From assembly GCA_964035575.1 (NCBI GenBank), contig OZ037834.1, positions 1,922,001 to 1,986,000 on the forward strand: DNA of 64,000 bases, read 5' to 3'. The stretch's first letter is position 1. Each line of letters starts with the position of its first letter. The position numbers and the translations under genes were made by a program. The DNA is from Rhynchopus sp. YZ270_cl-10 (taxonomy: Eukaryota). The notes under the pieces were generated by a model. It saw only the letters and a program-made list of their open reading frames with translations, was not told where the DNA came from and searched no databases. This document shows, in pieces, positions 63,801-64,000 of the stretch.

Positions 63801-64000
63801 GACACCGCACTGTCGTACTCGAGCACGGAGCTGGCTGCCGAGGAGCAGTGCCGCCTTGATGGGATTGCACGGTACACGCGCACGTGGACGGTTGAGGATG
63901 CATGCGGGAACTCGCGCTCGGTGGACCAGGTCGTGATCCTGCAGCACCCGACGTCGGATCTGACAACGACGGATGTGTGGAACCCTGCGAACGCGCTGTT
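57858..64000 (+). CDS. Giant secreted modular protein, copy 3 (runs off the window end)
   Basis: ATGGTGGGTCATCGA at 57858, offset 14248 from copy 2; all shadow ORFs recur at that offset. Confidence 0.9.
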   Translation, partial: MVGHRGLLPLPLLLFAVGVSAQTETTGEPLTLNVLGANLEEHLDEFRGTVVNSVLSLGEEHLNKLGVADAFEEAFRDDSVMGNLKTKMETGLEDMMSFFEGGTAFDGIELLTDQFEPALDMMTGVCDQTTGTARREAAYLQARETYLEKKKQGGGNNRTAGALNAFSAPLIVGSLNAALPAWEVQMSTNWKAGLQFGGGVALGVDFGNLDHHFLGIGVGLGFSISKGQKSCTVDADCKSKVRQSTICEVGKCTRVCSSPADCGQREACDNLRCVVECDAHTDCTGLQKCDIAGTKRCLATTACASDSECNAASEICLDNTRCVPRQCTSDAQCVAGTEFCYNHRCQKSECTDATEAADCKAGEICVTRQCVPAAGQPCVGDGDCGLDAWCNGGLCADNTPQPTAAGCVTPADCPVAGETCLPGGVCGTACASDLDCGLGDVCSPLISGVRRCVLDTSGRRAHVLNTPTEAKKGFWSKVADEVDISIDWFKDAGKFSGFAFVLSISNKYLLDNLHIKDLHVTLAHPHWQCLTEPGIKSAEWWGGVEFGGFGITFDPKPGAGSGAKTAASGSVLANLKAALTNKDKFGEMMRSVGSELLTAILSFDGLGFAEGITLEDSNSGYSLAYDRATSCPPVVPTNAPPTSAPPTSVPLTSSPPTPSPPTPSPPTPAPPTPAPPTPSPPTPAPPTPAPVAGRGAEVLADADARDAAAQSVTTDLIAFMKQATNIVTKGEIIMPFCAGNCGPTNTSIDSIIGVGRVGPPATCNGVEASVSVDTLTIGSIAHLATSGEIAGVSGALKDIMTPVLEMGIQNTELSFSVTTTGIKLAAIGSVLLPNTDSGFVTVLKDMAEDIRLGASAGLTWEGELKLELRVGTDADTDATKNFRVSNALGTFGASTYLRFVYLINGGVPRQELGTTLPLIICVDDCGTATRKDLYFDGDLSMIVTPAAQTVRGKLTAAGWYYEAFKIPFVHIGDMFLGMEWDIKSPLPTGFMLGGAVCLGSSNNCQNKVQPYIEGRAYVGVSASLPEDNFFVVMVTNLTIGGIAELVAQEVPWLVLLTGEGSAAALSVAEAAFEAIGVDVSEVTSTIQGIQNALPPAFKESGLYPYDKNFATNCAAPAADAAQTEINMDCFAYLSFSPLKTQEIVLGTSTLSVPRGIAFAGRLNFIGWEMAAEVAISTSQFYINATMDPVFIRFGSVDFLRIGSHLDGNKQAAGGANFLVDLNILPPRAEINIQGAFDIPLLKSYGAVALVLDSQKLSFHAEINLFDGALASTADVYFPWDFTAFHMSLSDMNFLYGIVKVKRVLFEYDTAVPHPYAIFDAHIDVLFAVSIAAQLKVQGNALSFSLGITVLGVGNTISGTATMDTSNFLNSEFSVSVQSDLNPAAIADAVVGAAKEVGKAAVAVWDTVTGGVTEAWNFVKGAFNQAPLSNVASRIGNFLNDAGAAIANIGQALLDAGLSDIISLGKDFANGDFSALGDAVFDLAGVFGLTGTEGHTEIDAGEGANEYGCRWKKIRYSECFITPEVCIPEVCVGGGCTGGQCTGGGCTGGGCVGCCGVRVCAPRICAPRVCVPRVCVPRVCTPRSCVPEFKTCTTKYGNRFADKACMEEIAAAATEVEGKLGVMKRKEDAIADSHTQNPGLEGLADGTTVPAPSVRNVTLTIPIGATSASGDIESDVEVLSGPCGGAGGMQRSTVGGVNFNMGTLDEYKASIAAAQGSLAASIEGTLLSKQCGLGTTILGEAGKVTYAPPTLTDPTDFSVSCTQSVDLAAGKPLFASVDDACHSGKVVKMVTATPVSPTAYPNRVCGSSYMQVTWKGYDAGICNGETVAKSHVITVLPFDPRFDAFPADVSVTTQDSMAPEATGVPTSFQSVCNQEVDITYTDAPPVLKAGKCGEWTVARTWSVKPYFASCTGTRLPGQTRVQTITVSDVTAPVFTREPPPVVYVPFFENWGAASSIPMSVEVMDTAMEALGLHSYPTTTTSVDTALSYSSTELAAEEQCRLDGIARYTRTWTVEDACGNSRSVDQVVILQHPTSDLTTTDVWNPANAL

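Larger units (their letters stand above)
26710..64000 (+). repeat. Head-to-tail tandem gene array with units 26710-43495 (16786 bp), 43496-57743 (14248 bp) and 57744 to beyond 64000
   Basis: The 2179-bp spacers 41431-43609 and 55679-57857 look identical. Identity with copy 1 begins at CACCCTACCCACGC (26710). Confidence 0.95.

Noticed and set aside
26747..63966. Many long antisense and alternative-frame ORFs (up to 662 aa) over the giant genes
   Set aside because: Shadows of GC-rich codon bias; R/H/V-rich translations with no recognisable motifs.

Overview
Eukaryotic nuclear DNA. Every credible gene lies on the + strand, is essentially intronless and is preceded by pyrimidine tracts and AG. 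This layout and the protein style point to a polycistronic euglenozoan, most likely a diplonemid (inference). Positions 1-26.7 kb hold the end of a polyQ/polyP gene, two paralogous type-I membrane proteins from a segmental duplication, a hypothetical protein, an ACSF2-like acyl-CoA synthetase, a PARP-domain protein and an LRR protein. Between them are several nested non-autonomous TIR elements. Positions 26.7-64 kb are a head-to-tail array of near-identical copies of a giant secreted modular protein gene (4868 aa, 4022 aa and a third copy cut by the window end); copies 1 and 2 differ by one 2538-bp block of HYR-like repeats. The least explained signal is a set of short hairpin modules that recur in shuffled order in nearly every intergenic region, always in the sense orientation, with G-U pairs and compensatory changes.
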